Position numbers and translations under genes: made by a program
DNA from: a virus
IMG/VR virus record: IMGVR_UViG_3300032805_000003
Coordinates: 1 to 64,000 of that record
Length of the DNA stretch: 64,000 nt
Strand: one strand, 5' to 3'
The notes under the pieces: generated by a model
Seen by the model: only the letters and a program-made list of their open reading frames with translations
What the model was told of the DNA's origin: nothing
The model's database searches: none
Shown: one piece after another, positions 1-9,556 of the stretch
Position numbering within the stretch: the first letter of the stretch is position 1
How the letters are laid out: each line of letters starts with the position of its first letter

Positions 1-357
1 TTCTATGCCGCCGGTCACGCCGGTGAGGTGTTCCCGGTCGCGTTGTCCGGCGGGCTGACGGCGGCGGTGTCGATGGCCGGCGGCCAGTGGCTGTCAGATT
101 CAGACACCGGGCCGCTGGCAGCAGTCGCGATGGGAGCCGCCACACTGGCCGGCAGCGTGCTGCCAGCGATCCCGTACGCGTTCACCCGCACCCCGGCCGC
201 CCCGGTGCTGTCTGTGGCGCTCTGCGGGCTGGTGGCCTATGTGGTGGCCCGCCTGCGGCCGCATCGCCAGCATCCGCACCTCGAAACCTTCGGCATCCTG
301 ACCGTGATCCTGGCGGTTTCGGTTGCCTGTCTGCTGATCCTGCCCGGAGGGTCTTGA
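1..357 (+). CDS. VIT1/CCC1-family-like membrane transporter (5' partial)
   Basis: Frame open from base 1; AAVSMAGGQWLS resembles the VIT1 SMAxGExLS motif; G-A-x-L-A-G-S-V-L-P-A-I-P-Y segment; several TM helices. Confidence 0.6.
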   Translation, partial: FYAAGHAGEVFPVALSGGLTAAVSMAGGQWLSDSDTGPLAAVAMGAATLAGSVLPAIPYAFTRTPAAPVLSVALCGLVAYVVARLRPHRQHPHLETFGILTVILAVSVACLLILPGGS

Positions 358-660
358 ATGGGTCACTGGCTGCTGCATCTGTGGTACATGCTGTCGGGCG
401 CGGACAACGAAGCCGGCCCGACGTACGGCACCTGGTCAGGGATCGCCGGCGCGACCGCGTGTTTCGCCTGGTTCCCGGCCGGGATGCTGTTGTACCGGCA
501 CCACAACTGTCACGAACCCTGGTGCCCGAGGATCGGCCGGCACACAGTCGGCGGGACACCGTTCCGGGCGTGCCGCCGACATCATCCCGAGCTCGCCAGC
601 CAGCCCAAGCCGAAACGCGGGCACATGACTGAAGCGTGGGACCGGGCGCGGGCCCGGTGA
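358..660 (+). CDS. Small membrane protein with His/Cys-rich C-terminus
   Basis: ATG directly after upstream TGA; one TM segment; HHNCHEPWC...CRRHHP. Confidence 0.7.
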   Translation: MGHWLLHLWYMLSGADNEAGPTYGTWSGIAGATACFAWFPAGMLLYRHHNCHEPWCPRIGRHTVGGTPFRACRRHHPELASQPKPKRGHMTEAWDRARAR

Positions 661-1013
661 AACCAGCCTGGATCGCCGCCGCCGCCGGAACAGTTCTGGC
701 CGCTGGCGCTGTCGCCTACTCGGCTGTCGAGCATGTTCCGGTCAGCACCAGCTTGTACTGGGCGGTCGAAACCGGGACGACAGTCGGCTATGGCGACATC
801 ACCCCCCGCACCAGCGCTGGCCGGCTGGTCGCGTTGCTGGTGATGCTGACCGCGATCCCGCTCATGGGCGCGTTGTTCGCCGCGGTCACCAGCGCGCACC
901 TGGCCCGCCATCACCATCTTGACGAACTCCGGTCGACGGTCGAGAAAGCGCACCGGATCGCCGCCGACACTTACCGGCATCACACCGGCCAGGACCATCC
1001 CGACGCACCCTGA
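657..1013 (+). CDS. KcsA-type 2-TM potassium channel
   Basis: TM1, pore helix SLYWAVET, selectivity filter TTVGYGD, TM2; GTGA overlap with upstream stop. Confidence 0.92.
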   Translation: MKPAWIAAAAGTVLAAGAVAYSAVEHVPVSTSLYWAVETGTTVGYGDITPRTSAGRLVALLVMLTAIPLMGALFAAVTSAHLARHHHLDELRSTVEKAHRIAADTYRHHTGQDHPDAP

Positions 1014-1036
1014 CTGTCTCCTGGAGGACTGTCACC

Positions 1037-1429
1037 ATGCCGATCATCCGCAGCAAGTTCCGTACGCATGTCCTCGCCCAGCTGGCCGAGATCCGCACCA
1101 GCCAGGCTGAGATCCTGGCCCGCCTGGACAACCTCGCTTACCAGGCAGGCGGGCTGGCGAAGGCGTCGACGGCGACGACGATCCTGAACCAGCTGGCCGG
1201 CCTGGGCGCGCTGCTCGGCGACGACCAGGAAGTGACGCAGGAAGTCGTCGTCCATCTGAACGGCCTGGACGGCAAAGTCGACTTGCTGACCAGCTCGGTG
1301 TCGCATCTGGCGGCCGCCGCCCAGATCGTCCTCAGCCAGCCCGCCGCCGGCCCGGCGGAAACACCGGCGCCTGCGACTGAGCAGGCGTCTGCGGCACCGC
1401 AGGCGCGGCGGCGCGGCGCGCCCAGGTGA
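1037..1429 (+). CDS. Hypothetical coiled-coil protein
   Basis: GGAGG RBS; in operon context. Confidence 0.65.
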   Translation: MPIIRSKFRTHVLAQLAEIRTSQAEILARLDNLAYQAGGLAKASTATTILNQLAGLGALLGDDQEVTQEVVVHLNGLDGKVDLLTSSVSHLAAAAQIVLSQPAAGPAETPAPATEQASAAPQARRRGAPR

Positions 1430-1779
1430 ACCTGTTTCCGTGGCTGTGGGCGCACTGGTGGCCGCGTCTGTGGCCCGCGCTCGCCGGCGGCGGCGCCAGC
1501 CAGGTGATCACTTACTTCAAGCTGAAGGCCCGGATCGAAGCCCATCACCTGGCGCAAGACATCCGGGCGCGCCGGCTCGCCGGCGAAACCCGCGCTCACG
1601 CCGACCAGCTGGCCGCCGAACTGGCAGCCGGGCACAGAAAGCTGGCTGACGACCTGGCGGTTCTGGCCGAAACGATCCGTTCTGTCATGCGACACCGAGA
1701 GGACTCCCCGTTATGCGTGGCTGTGACTTTGCCTGGGGTGTGCGCCCGGGCCAGGAACGCGTCTTCGCGAAAGCGCTGA
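1426..1779 (+). CDS. Hypothetical membrane protein in lysis cassette
   Basis: GTGA coupling; Trp-rich hydrophobic N-terminus; overlaps endolysin start by 67 nt. Confidence 0.5.
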   Translation: MNLFPWLWAHWWPRLWPALAGGGASQVITYFKLKARIEAHHLAQDIRARRLAGETRAHADQLAAELAAGHRKLADDLAVLAETIRSVMRHREDSPLCVAVTLPGVCARARNASSRKR

Positions 1780-2981
1780 AGGCGGCAGGGTTCGGGTTCG
1801 TCGTCCGGTACCTGTCCGCCGACCCGACCAAGAACCTGACCCGCGCCGAAGTGGCGGCGTACCAGGCGGAAGACCTGGCCATCGTCACCGTCTACGAAGA
1901 CGCCGCTGACGCGATGCTCGGCGGGGTGGCCACCGGCACTGAACAGGCGCGCCGGGCCAAAGCCCAGCTGGAGGCGCTGGGCGCACCCGAGCACGCTCCC
2001 GTTTTCTTCGCCGCCGACTTCCAGGTCACCCCCGAGCAGATGCCGGCGGTCGACGCTGCGCTGGACGCGACCGCGTTCGTGCTGTCCGAAACGCTGAACG
2101 GCATCTACGGCAGCTATGCGACGGTGTCGAAAGCCCAGCACGTCGCCTACCGGTGGCAGACGCTGGCCTGGTCAGCCGGGGTGTGGAACCCGAAAGACGT
2201 CCTCGAGCAGACCGGTGTCGCCAGCGGCGTGACCGACGGAGTCCAGTGGGATCTGGACGAGTCGAAAACACCGGACTTCGGCCAGTGGAAATGGCCGAAG
2301 TCTGCCGTCAGCCCTTCGCTGCAGCTAGGGTCGTCGGGCCCGGCGGTCACCGCTCTTCAGGCCAGGCTGAACAGCCTGGGCGCCAGGCCGAAGCTCACGG
2401 TCGACGGCTTGTTCGGACCGGAGACTGAAGCGGCGGTCAAAGCGTTCCAGAAAGCTCACCACCTGGTTGCTGACGGCATCGCCGGGCCGTTGACAACCGC
2501 TGCTCTGGACGCGCCGGCGCCGAAGAAGCCGTCGCCAGTCAAGAAGGCTGCCGCGGCGACGGCGGCCGTGGTGGTGATGAAGCCCGCAGCTATAGTCGCG
2601 GCGACGGTAGCGAAGGAGCCGGTGATGACGGCGGCGGGCGCGCAGGCGACGCTGGCGGCAGTGATCGGCTGGTGGGCGAAGAACGCCGGGTTGCATCTGA
2701 CGGTGACCCAGCAGCACGCCGCGCTGGTGATCGTCACCGCGCTCGCGGGCGCGGCCGCGGCCGCGGTCACCCGCCCGGCCCGGGTGACCGTGTTCTTCAC
2801 CGCCCTCGGCACTGCGGCGACCGCGGCCGGGGCGTTCGGGTTGCACATCTCGCCGCAATGGCTGGCGGCGGAAGCGCCGGTGGTGGCGTTGTTCGCTGGC
2901 GGGCTGTTGCGAGCGCATGTCTCGCCGGCGACGGTCGTCGCCGCGGTCAAGACAGCGACAGCGAAGGCTTCCGCCGGGTAG
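1713..2981 (+). CDS. Endolysin: DUF1906 glycoside hydrolase + peptidoglycan-binding domain + C-terminal holin-like TM region
   Basis: FVVRYLS...KNLTRAE, VFFAAD, GIYG, WQTLAWS (Rv2525c/DUF1906-like); LQLGSSGPAVTALQ...DGLFGPETEAAVKAFQ...DGIAGPLT (PG_binding_1); hydrophobic tail ending LRAHVSP. Confidence 0.88.
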   Translation: MRGCDFAWGVRPGQERVFAKALKAAGFGFVVRYLSADPTKNLTRAEVAAYQAEDLAIVTVYEDAADAMLGGVATGTEQARRAKAQLEALGAPEHAPVFFAADFQVTPEQMPAVDAALDATAFVLSETLNGIYGSYATVSKAQHVAYRWQTLAWSAGVWNPKDVLEQTGVASGVTDGVQWDLDESKTPDFGQWKWPKSAVSPSLQLGSSGPAVTALQARLNSLGARPKLTVDGLFGPETEAAVKAFQKAHHLVADGIAGPLTTAALDAPAPKKPSPVKKAAAATAAVVVMKPAAIVAATVAKEPVMTAAGAQATLAAVIGWWAKNAGLHLTVTQQHAALVIVTALAGAAAAAVTRPARVTVFFTALGTAATAAGAFGLHISPQWLAAEAPVVALFAGGLLRAHVSPATVVAAVKTATAKASAG

Positions 2982-3009
2982 CCTGAACGCGCTGTCACCG
3001 GGTACAACT

Positions 3010-3053
3010 GAACCGGCCCGCCCCCTGTGATGGGGGGCGGGCCGGTTCTTTTT
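3010..3053 (+). terminator. Intrinsic terminator after lysis operon
   Basis: GAACCGGCCCGCCCCC / GGGGGCGGGCCGGTTC stem followed by T-run. Confidence 0.9.
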
Positions 3054-3117
3054 GCGTGCCCTCACTACCGTCCGGCGGCCGCACGTTATGACCCGCGAAA
3101 CGACAGCACTTCCACCC

Positions 3118-3501
3118 TCATGCAGATGCCCCTCTCGCGATGCGCCGACGACGCTCCCACCAGTGCTCACGACGGAAGCTAATGAAGCCGGGCGACCTGG
3201 GTGCGATCGGGCCAGTGCTTACCCACGCCCGGCCGCATTCGCACTCCCAGACGGTGCCCTTCGGGTACAGCCGCGCATCCGGAGGGTAGGCGCGGCGCAT
3301 GCCGTCCGGCAGGGGCGCCATCATGGGGGACAAGCCCACGGGTACATCTGCGCCGGGCTCGCTGTAAGTCCAGCCAGGCGCGCAGTGGTGGCGTTGCGCG
3401 GGCGTAGCCACGATCTGACCGCTCATCCCTCTACCTGCTGGGTGGCGTCGTGCGAGGTCGTCTTGGTGTATTGGTTCCTCCGGCTGTCTGGTTACGGGCA
3501 C
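3118..3501 (-). CDS. Hypothetical protein with CxCG motif
   Basis: ORF overlapping upstream stop; VWECECGRAW; start uncertain. Confidence 0.5.
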   Translation of the reverse strand: MPVTRQPEEPIHQDDLARRHPAGRGMSGQIVATPAQRHHCAPGWTYSEPGADVPVGLSPMMAPLPDGMRRAYPPDARLYPKGTVWECECGRAWVSTGPIAPRSPGFISFRREHWWERRRRIARGASA

Positions 3502-4370
3502 GGCACTGCGGCCGGGGTGAACTGGCTGTAGGTCCAGCGGCCGAATCCGTCCGGGTAGCCGAGCCGCAGAGTCGTCCCCCGGGTGGTGATGAACGACACG
3601 CTTTCCAGCGGCTGGATCGTCAGCGGCTGCCCGTACCGGCGCCAGTGACCGTCTTTCAGCCGGGTCGACGCGTAGAACGTCACCGCCGGGCCGTCCAGGC
3701 TGGTGACCTGCCAGCGCCGGTGACTGTAGCTGCCGCAGGCGCGGGTGGCGGCCAGCACGTTCGGCTGGATGCCGGGGACCAGCTGCTGCCCGTCCCAGGT
3801 GAACGACTCGATCACCGCGGTGTACGACGCCGGCTGGCTGGCGTCAGCGACCAGGTACGCCGTCTTCAGCCCGCCCAGGCCGTGGATGTAGGTCTGGACC
3901 TGCGCCCAGGTGGCGTCGTAGCTGTTCGGGCTGGTGCCGAGAGACCAGCAGATCCCGCCGGCCGGGTCGGCGCACAGCGACGGGTCCGGGTAGCCGGTCG
4001 CGTCGTTGCCGACTGAATCCGGGCCGATCTCGGGCGCGAGCTCCAGCCGGGGCGTGCCGGATCCGTAGCCGAGGACGGTCATCGCCGGAGGCTGGGTGGT
4101 GGCGATGTCCCGCCGGGCGCCGGTGACAGTGACGGTGACGCTGCTGATGCTGGAATGGATTGCCATCAGCAGCGACGGATGGTTGGTGCCGGTGTTCCAG
4201 TTCGCTTCGGCGTATCCGGTGCCCGGGTTGATCGTCAGGCTGTAGCCGGGTGCGGTGGCCGCGTTCGTGGCCTGGACGAACGCCAGAGTGACGGACGCGA
4301 CGATGGCGAGGACGGCTGCGGCGAAGGCAGCGAGAGCGGCGAGCTTGTTGCGCGCGGGCTGGCGATGCAC
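3492..4370 (-). CDS. Secreted hypothetical protein
   Basis: Signal peptide ending ATNA; GAAAGGA RBS. Confidence 0.7.
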   Translation of the reverse strand: MHRQPARNKLAALAAFAAAVLAIVASVTLAFVQATNAATAPGYSLTINPGTGYAEANWNTGTNHPSLLMAIHSSISSVTVTVTGARRDIATTQPPAMTVLGYGSGTPRLELAPEIGPDSVGNDATGYPDPSLCADPAGGICWSLGTSPNSYDATWAQVQTYIHGLGGLKTAYLVADASQPASYTAVIESFTWDGQQLVPGIQPNVLAATRACGSYSHRRWQVTSLDGPAVTFYASTRLKDGHWRRYGQPLTIQPLESVSFITTRGTTLRLGYPDGFGRWTYSQFTPAAVPCP

Positions 4371-4407
4371 CTTGTTTGCTTCCTTTCAGGTAGGTCAGTA
4401 GTGCGGG

Positions 4408-4773
4408 TTAGCGGGGGCGGATGAGGTTGCGTGCTTGCGCTGCCCAGAACCAGACCGGGTCGGATCTGGCGGCAACAGGGATTTCCAGCGGGCGGGTGTC
4501 GATGATCCGGAAGCTGGCCAGGAACGGGAGACAGAACACCGGGTCGCTGACGCGGGCGCGGACCGCGGCTTCGCATTCAGGGCAACAGCGGACATGGTCC
4601 AGCTCGGCGACGTCGCCCAGGCCGAGCCAGGTCAGCGCGAACCCGAGCAGTTCCGCGGTGCCGTACAAAGCCTGGCGGGTTTCCTCGAGTTCGACGGCGA
4701 CGTCTTCCAGCAGTTCGCATGTCTGCTGGTGCTGGTCTCGTTCACGTTCGTACGCTCTCCGGATTGTGCTCAC
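4408..4773 (-). CDS. Hypothetical protein
   Basis: Coupled to 4770..5270; coiled-coil N-terminus, CCPEC. Confidence 0.55.
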   Translation of the reverse strand: MSTIRRAYERERDQHQQTCELLEDVAVELEETRQALYGTAELLGFALTWLGLGDVAELDHVRCCPECEAAVRARVSDPVFCLPFLASFRIIDTRPLEIPVAARSDPVWFWAAQARNLIRPR

Positions 4774-5270
4774 CGGGCGGTCCGGAGCGACAAGCCGGCG
4801 GTGCGCCGGACTTCAGCCTGAAGCCGTCGCAGAGCGGTCAGCGCTTGATCGAGCGGCCGGATCGCTGTCGCCGGCCCGTACGTCGCGGCGGCGGCGACGG
4901 CAGCGTCCAGGCCGGCCAGGAACTTGCTGTAGAAGTGACGCGGGTCGGCGCACACCGGGATCAGGGACTGGCGGGCGGTGAACACGGCGGCTATCACCCG
5001 GGACGCTTGCACGCCGGTGGTCTTGCCGGTGGTGAACGGCTGGATGGCCTGGTCGACGCCGGCGAGCGCGCGGCCGCCTGCACCCAGTTTCCAGGCGCTG
5101 GCTTGCCCGGTGCACGCTGTCGCGGCAGCGACTTTCACCGGCTGGGCCGGTGACCGGGCTGGTGAGGGAGACGACGAGAGGGACGGGCGGCTGGCCGGGG
5201 CGGGGAACGGTGACGCGCATCCGGCGACCAGCAGCGCGCTGGCCAGGACGGCGGCGAGAGCTTTCAGCAT
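4770..5270 (-). CDS. Putative lipoprotein
   Basis: Lipobox LVAGC after hydrophobic signal. Confidence 0.7.
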   Translation of the reverse strand: MLKALAAVLASALLVAGCASPFPAPASRPSLSSSPSPARSPAQPVKVAAATACTGQASAWKLGAGGRALAGVDQAIQPFTTGKTTGVQASRVIAAVFTARQSLIPVCADPRHFYSKFLAGLDAAVAAAATYGPATAIRPLDQALTALRRLQAEVRRTAGLSLRTAR

Positions 5271-5276
5271 GGCTGG

Positions 5277-5546
5277 TTAGTCCTCCGGTGACAAGGCGTA
5301 CTGGATCGCCGGCGCTGGTTGTGTGATCGTGCTGGCCGGCCCGGGTGCGGTAGCGATCCGGACGGTGCTGGCGGCCAGGACGCCGGCCATCCGGCCGGTG
5401 ATCGCGCACGCTGCCCCCAGCAGCCAGGGCCAGGGTCCGTGCTGGTACGCCGGGGCGGCGCACGCTAGCGCCAGCGCGGCGGTGAACGACACCCCGTATC
5501 CGGCGATCCGGCCGGTTCTGGACCTGCGCCGATGCTGCGGTGACAT
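5277..5546 (-). CDS. Small 2-TM membrane protein
   Basis: AAGGAG RBS; two hydrophobic segments. Confidence 0.6.
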   Translation of the reverse strand: MSPQHRRRSRTGRIAGYGVSFTAALALACAAPAYQHGPWPWLLGAACAITGRMAGVLAASTVRIATAPGPASTITQPAPAIQYALSPED

Positions 5547-5618
5547 GTTGCGCTCCTTCAGGGTTGGGCTGGCACGGTGACGCCCGCGGCTCTAGGGCGG
5601 CACGGGCGCCACCGCAAG

Positions 5619-6047
5619 CTAGTCAGACCGGTCGAACCATTCGGCGAGTTCGCTGCCTGACGGCAGCACAGAGCGAACAGGCTTGCGCTGGCGGCGGGAC
5701 GTCAGCACGCTGGCCAGCCGCCGGCGCGCGACCGTCAGCCGGCCCGGCTGGGGCGCTGGCGGCGCTGGCGGCACCCGCCGGATCTCGACGGTGTCTTCCA
5801 TCCAGGGCGGTATCGGCCTGGTCGGGACGGTTTCACCGTCCGCGGTCATCGACACCATCTGTTCGACTCGTTCAGCGACCCGCTCGGGATGCAGCACCCG
5901 GCTGACGGCCTGGCGGCGCTGGGCTGACGGCATGCCGCGCCGGACGAGCACTACCTGCTCGCCGTCCATGCTGGCGTGGATCGCTTCGGCGGCCAGCTGG
6001 TCGGCCCACACGATCCGGATGACGACGGCGTCCTGGTCGAAGCTCAT
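5619..6047 (-). CDS. Hypothetical protein
   Basis: ATGA coupling with upstream gene. Confidence 0.6.
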   Translation of the reverse strand: MSFDQDAVVIRIVWADQLAAEAIHASMDGEQVVLVRRGMPSAQRRQAVSRVLHPERVAERVEQMVSMTADGETVPTRPIPPWMEDTVEIRRVPPAPPAPQPGRLTVARRRLASVLTSRRQRKPVRSVLPSGSELAEWFDRSD

Positions 6048-6472
6048 GAAACTGGCTCCAGAACATCTTCACGACGGTGGTCAGGGCAGATCCGGATTTC
6101 CCGGCCGCCGGGGGTCAGGCCGAGGACTTGCCAGAGACAGCCGTCGATGTCGAATGTCTTGAGGCAGGCGGCGCACCGTTCGCCGGCGAGCACCGCCGCG
6201 GACAGCCCGTCAGCGCAGATCGTCGGGTGGACTTCCAGGACGACTGTCCCCTGGTCGCCGTAGGGCACCCGGACGTCGGTGACGTGTGTCTCCGGCGCGG
6301 CTCGCAGCTGGTGCCATACCGTCTCGTAGGTCTTGACGACGGCGTGGTTGCGGGTGGTGGTCCGGTGGAACGTGATCGCGTCCCGCAGCGCGTCCAGGAT
6401 GACGGACATCGGGATCAGGTCCGGGATCCCGGCGGGTGGCTGCGGGTCGCTGGCGGCTGGTTCGGCGGTCAT
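6044..6472 (-). CDS. Hypothetical protein with CxxC
   Basis: ATGA coupling; CAAC...CPDH. Confidence 0.6.
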   Translation of the reverse strand: MTAEPAASDPQPPAGIPDLIPMSVILDALRDAITFHRTTTRNHAVVKTYETVWHQLRAAPETHVTDVRVPYGDQGTVVLEVHPTICADGLSAAVLAGERCAACLKTFDIDGCLWQVLGLTPGGREIRICPDHRREDVLEPVS

Positions 6473-6696
6473 GCTGCGACCGTCCTCACGAACACGATCC
6501 CGCCGGAGTTACGCAACACGGCGTCGGCCAGCTCGCTGCCGGTGATCAGCCCCCGGCGGTACGCCCGGCCGTATCGTTCCAGATGGGTGAACGCCGGGCC
6601 GCATTCCGGCCGCCAGCAGAAACCGCATTCAGCCTGCCGGGCGAGCGCGTCGACTTCGCGCGGAGAACGGACGGCAGGGCGGGAAGAATCAGCCAC
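6469..6696 (-). CDS. Hypothetical protein
   Basis: GTG start with GGAGG RBS; CGFC motif. Confidence 0.5.
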   Translation of the reverse strand: MADSSRPAVRSPREVDALARQAECGFCWRPECGPAFTHLERYGRAYRRGLITGSELADAVLRNSGGIVFVRTVAA

Positions 6697-6914
6697 TTCG
6701 TGAACCCTCCCTAGGGGTGATTGCCTTGTGCTGCTGATGGTGCGTTGCCCTGTCAACGCCTGAACTGTCCTGGCACATCGCCCGTTGGGAGCCTGTGTCA
6801 GAGTAACGACAGGTATTAGACGCCTACCTGTAACAGTCCGGCTACGCCTTGATGTAACAACTTGGCAAAGCTTCGTGTCACGATGCTCCGCTGGATAGCG
6901 CAGAACAGTGCAGG

Positions 6915-7181
6915 TCACTGCAACCCCGCAGGCGATACGGTGACCATCGTCTCGTTTTCGAGAGGCGTGCCGTCTGGCTTGAGCCCCAGCGACGCCAGCA
7001 AGTCGATCTTCCGGACCTTCTTCTCCCGGCCGACCGGCAGTGTCCGGAACGGGAGTTCGTTGTCGCGGTCCATCACGTACGCCCGGCTTCTGCCGATACC
7101 CCAGGCGCGCGCTGCGGTAACCAGGGACATGACTGCTGGCAGTTTCAGGATCTCGTCTACGGTCATCGCCTCGACAGCCAT
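6915..7181 (-). CDS. xis: Excisionase-like HTH DNA-binding protein
   Basis: LPAVMSLVTAARAWGIGRSRAY...ELPFRTLPVG; divergent from integrase; GGAGG RBS. Confidence 0.75.
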   Translation of the reverse strand: MAVEAMTVDEILKLPAVMSLVTAARAWGIGRSRAYVMDRDNELPFRTLPVGREKKVRKIDLLASLGLKPDGTPLENETMVTVSPAGLQ

Positions 7182-7354
7182 AGCCGTCAACCTCCGAACT
7201 GGCGCGAGATCGTCCGTCTGGTTCCGTCCGACCCCAGTCCTACGCTGTTCTGCGTTATTCTGCGGTAAGCTGTCGTCGATGTCAAACAGGGCCAGCACGC
7301 CCGGCGCGCCGGGGTTACCATCGGCGGCAAGCCGGACCATGACGGGAGCGCACC

Positions 7355-8740
7355 ATGAGAGACCCGGTCTACAAACGCTGCCTGTGCCGTGAGGACGGCC
7401 GCGAGCTCGGCGCCAGCTGCCCCCGGCTGAAGCGCAAAGACGGCTCCTGGAACCCGAAACACGGCTCCTGGTACTTCTCGCTGGAACTGCCGAAAGGCGC
7501 GGGCGGGACACGCCGGCGCCGGCTGCGCCGCGGCGGGTACGACAGCCGCGAAGACGCCTTCGCCGCCCTCGATGAAGCACGCCGCCAGCTGGAACACGGC
7601 GCGGACCCGTCAGTCCGGATCACCGTGGGGGAGTACCTGGAAAGCTGGATCCGGCGCCGTGTCGACCTGAAGCCGACGACTGCCCGGAACTACGGCCTGG
7701 TCGTCAGCACGTACCTGCTGCCGTTGCTCGGCCACCTCGAGCTGGCCCGGTTGCAGACCGGGGATGTCGCAGACATGTTCGGCGTGATCCGCGGCTGGAA
7801 CGACCAGCTGGCCGCCGGCGAGCGGGTGCGCAAATACCAGCGGCACGTCGGGCCGGCCGCGATGCAGCGGATCCGGGCCACACTGCGGGTGGCGCTCGCC
7901 GACGCCGTCGACGAAGGGCTGATCAGCTTCAACCCGGCAGTCCGGGTCCGGATGGAACGCGAAACCGCGCGCAAACCAGTGATCTGGACCGCTGAACGGG
8001 CCAGCGTGTTCTGGGCCGTCTACCAGCAGGCAGTCGAAGCCGAGCCGATGGGCCGCGGCGACCGGGCGTTCCGGGTCTGGAGCCGGATGGACCTGCGGCC
8101 CGCGCCGGTGATGGTCTGGACCCCGGCGGACATGGGCCGGTTCCTGGATCACGCTGGCGGGCACCGGCTGGCGACCTTGTTCGAGCTCGTCGCCGCCACC
8201 GGGATGCGCCGCGGTGAAGCGTGCGGGCTGCGGTGGGAAGACGTCGACCTGGATAACGGGATGCTGTCGATCGGGCGGGCCCGCGTCCAGGTCGGCTGGC
8301 AGGTCGTCGACCAGGACCCGAAATCGGAAGCCAGTAAACGCGAGGTCGCGATCGCCGGTCATGCGGTGACCGCGCTGCGGGCCTGGCGCAAGCAACAGCT
8401 GGCGGACCGGCTGGCGTGGGGGAGTGACTACACCGAAACCGGGCTGGTGTTCACCCGCGAGGACGGCAAACCCTGGCATCCGGATGCGGTCACCGAGGCG
8501 TTTGAACGGCTGGCGTTCGGTGCCGGGCTGCCGCCGGTCAAGTTGCACGGGCTACGGCACGGGTGGGCGACGTACGCGGTAGCCCAGGGTGTCGACATCA
8601 AGCTGGTGCAAGCCGGGCTCGGGCATTCGACCAGCCGGCTGACCCGCGACACCTACACCGGTGTCCTCAGCGACCAGGCAAGGGAAGCGGCCGAGAAGGT
8701 CGCCCAGATCATTCCGCGCCGGGGACGTGACCATGGCTGA
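7355..8740 (+). CDS. int: Tyrosine integrase
   Basis: TGMRRGE (R), PKS (K), LHGLRH (HxxR), LGHS (H), DTY (Y); actinomycete-type N-terminus VYKRCLC. Confidence 0.96.
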   Translation: MRDPVYKRCLCREDGRELGASCPRLKRKDGSWNPKHGSWYFSLELPKGAGGTRRRRLRRGGYDSREDAFAALDEARRQLEHGADPSVRITVGEYLESWIRRRVDLKPTTARNYGLVVSTYLLPLLGHLELARLQTGDVADMFGVIRGWNDQLAAGERVRKYQRHVGPAAMQRIRATLRVALADAVDEGLISFNPAVRVRMERETARKPVIWTAERASVFWAVYQQAVEAEPMGRGDRAFRVWSRMDLRPAPVMVWTPADMGRFLDHAGGHRLATLFELVAATGMRRGEACGLRWEDVDLDNGMLSIGRARVQVGWQVVDQDPKSEASKREVAIAGHAVTALRAWRKQQLADRLAWGSDYTETGLVFTREDGKPWHPDAVTEAFERLAFGAGLPPVKLHGLRHGWATYAVAQGVDIKLVQAGLGHSTSRLTRDTYTGVLSDQAREAAEKVAQIIPRRGRDHG

Positions 8741-9074
8741 CCGGACGATCACGCTGCTGGAGGCTGACGACCGGCGCTGGCTGGCCGACTACCTGACCGG
8801 CGTCCTGGTCGACGCCGCCACGCACCGGTCAGAGCGCGACGGGTGGGACACCAGCCCGGACGGCGAGCCCGAGCTGGCATGGATCACTTTCGAACGCGGC
8901 CAGATGCTCGCTGCCGTCAACCAGCTTCGCCGCGGCCGCGGCCTGCCCCCTGTCGCTGCCGTCGATCTGCTGCCGGTCGAACGGTCAGCGCAAGGCCACA
9001 GCGACTATGCCCGCCAGTACGCGTTCGGGTGCGCCGAGCTCGTCCTGGGGTTGTGTCGGCCGCAGATGACATGA
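8733..9074 (+). CDS. Hypothetical protein
   Basis: Overlaps integrase stop; GHSDY motif. Confidence 0.65.
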   Translation: MADRTITLLEADDRRWLADYLTGVLVDAATHRSERDGWDTSPDGEPELAWITFERGQMLAAVNQLRRGRGLPPVAAVDLLPVERSAQGHSDYARQYAFGCAELVLGLCRPQMT

Positions 9075-9199
9075 TGATTGCGAGGTCGATGTATGCCAAC
9101 GCTCTGGAACCGGACGACCTCCGCAAAAACTGGCAGATGAGCGCGGTCTGGCCTCGTACCGTGAACGGGGCACAAGATCGTTAGTCCAGGAGGCGGATC

Positions 9200-9556
9200 G
9201 TGAGCAGTCAGCCGTTCGAAGGCTGGGCGATCGTCGAACTGATGGGCCATCGCAGGCTCGCCGGATTCGTCACCGAGCAGACTCTGGCCGGTGTCGGCTT
9301 CCTGCGCCTGGACATCGTCGGCAAGCAGACGAAAGTCGATGAAGACGACGGGCCGGACGTCGCGCTGCACGGCGGTTTCGAGGGCGGCGTGACACAGTTC
9401 TACAGCCCGTCCGCGGTGTACTGCATCACGCCGACGACGCAGGACATCGCGGTCACGCTGGGCCGCCGCTCGGCGCCAGCGCCGGTCAGCCGGTACGAAC
9501 TGGAGCCGGCCAGGTCCACCGTCGTGGACGACGACCACATCGACGACGACGACTAG
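9200..9556 (+). CDS. Hypothetical phage protein (WAIVELMGHRRLAG type)
   Basis: AGGAGG RBS; FEGWAIVELMGH...LRLD...TQFYSPSAVYCITP. Confidence 0.75.
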   Translation: MSSQPFEGWAIVELMGHRRLAGFVTEQTLAGVGFLRLDIVGKQTKVDEDDGPDVALHGGFEGGVTQFYSPSAVYCITPTTQDIAVTLGRRSAPAPVSRYELEPARSTVVDDDHIDDDD

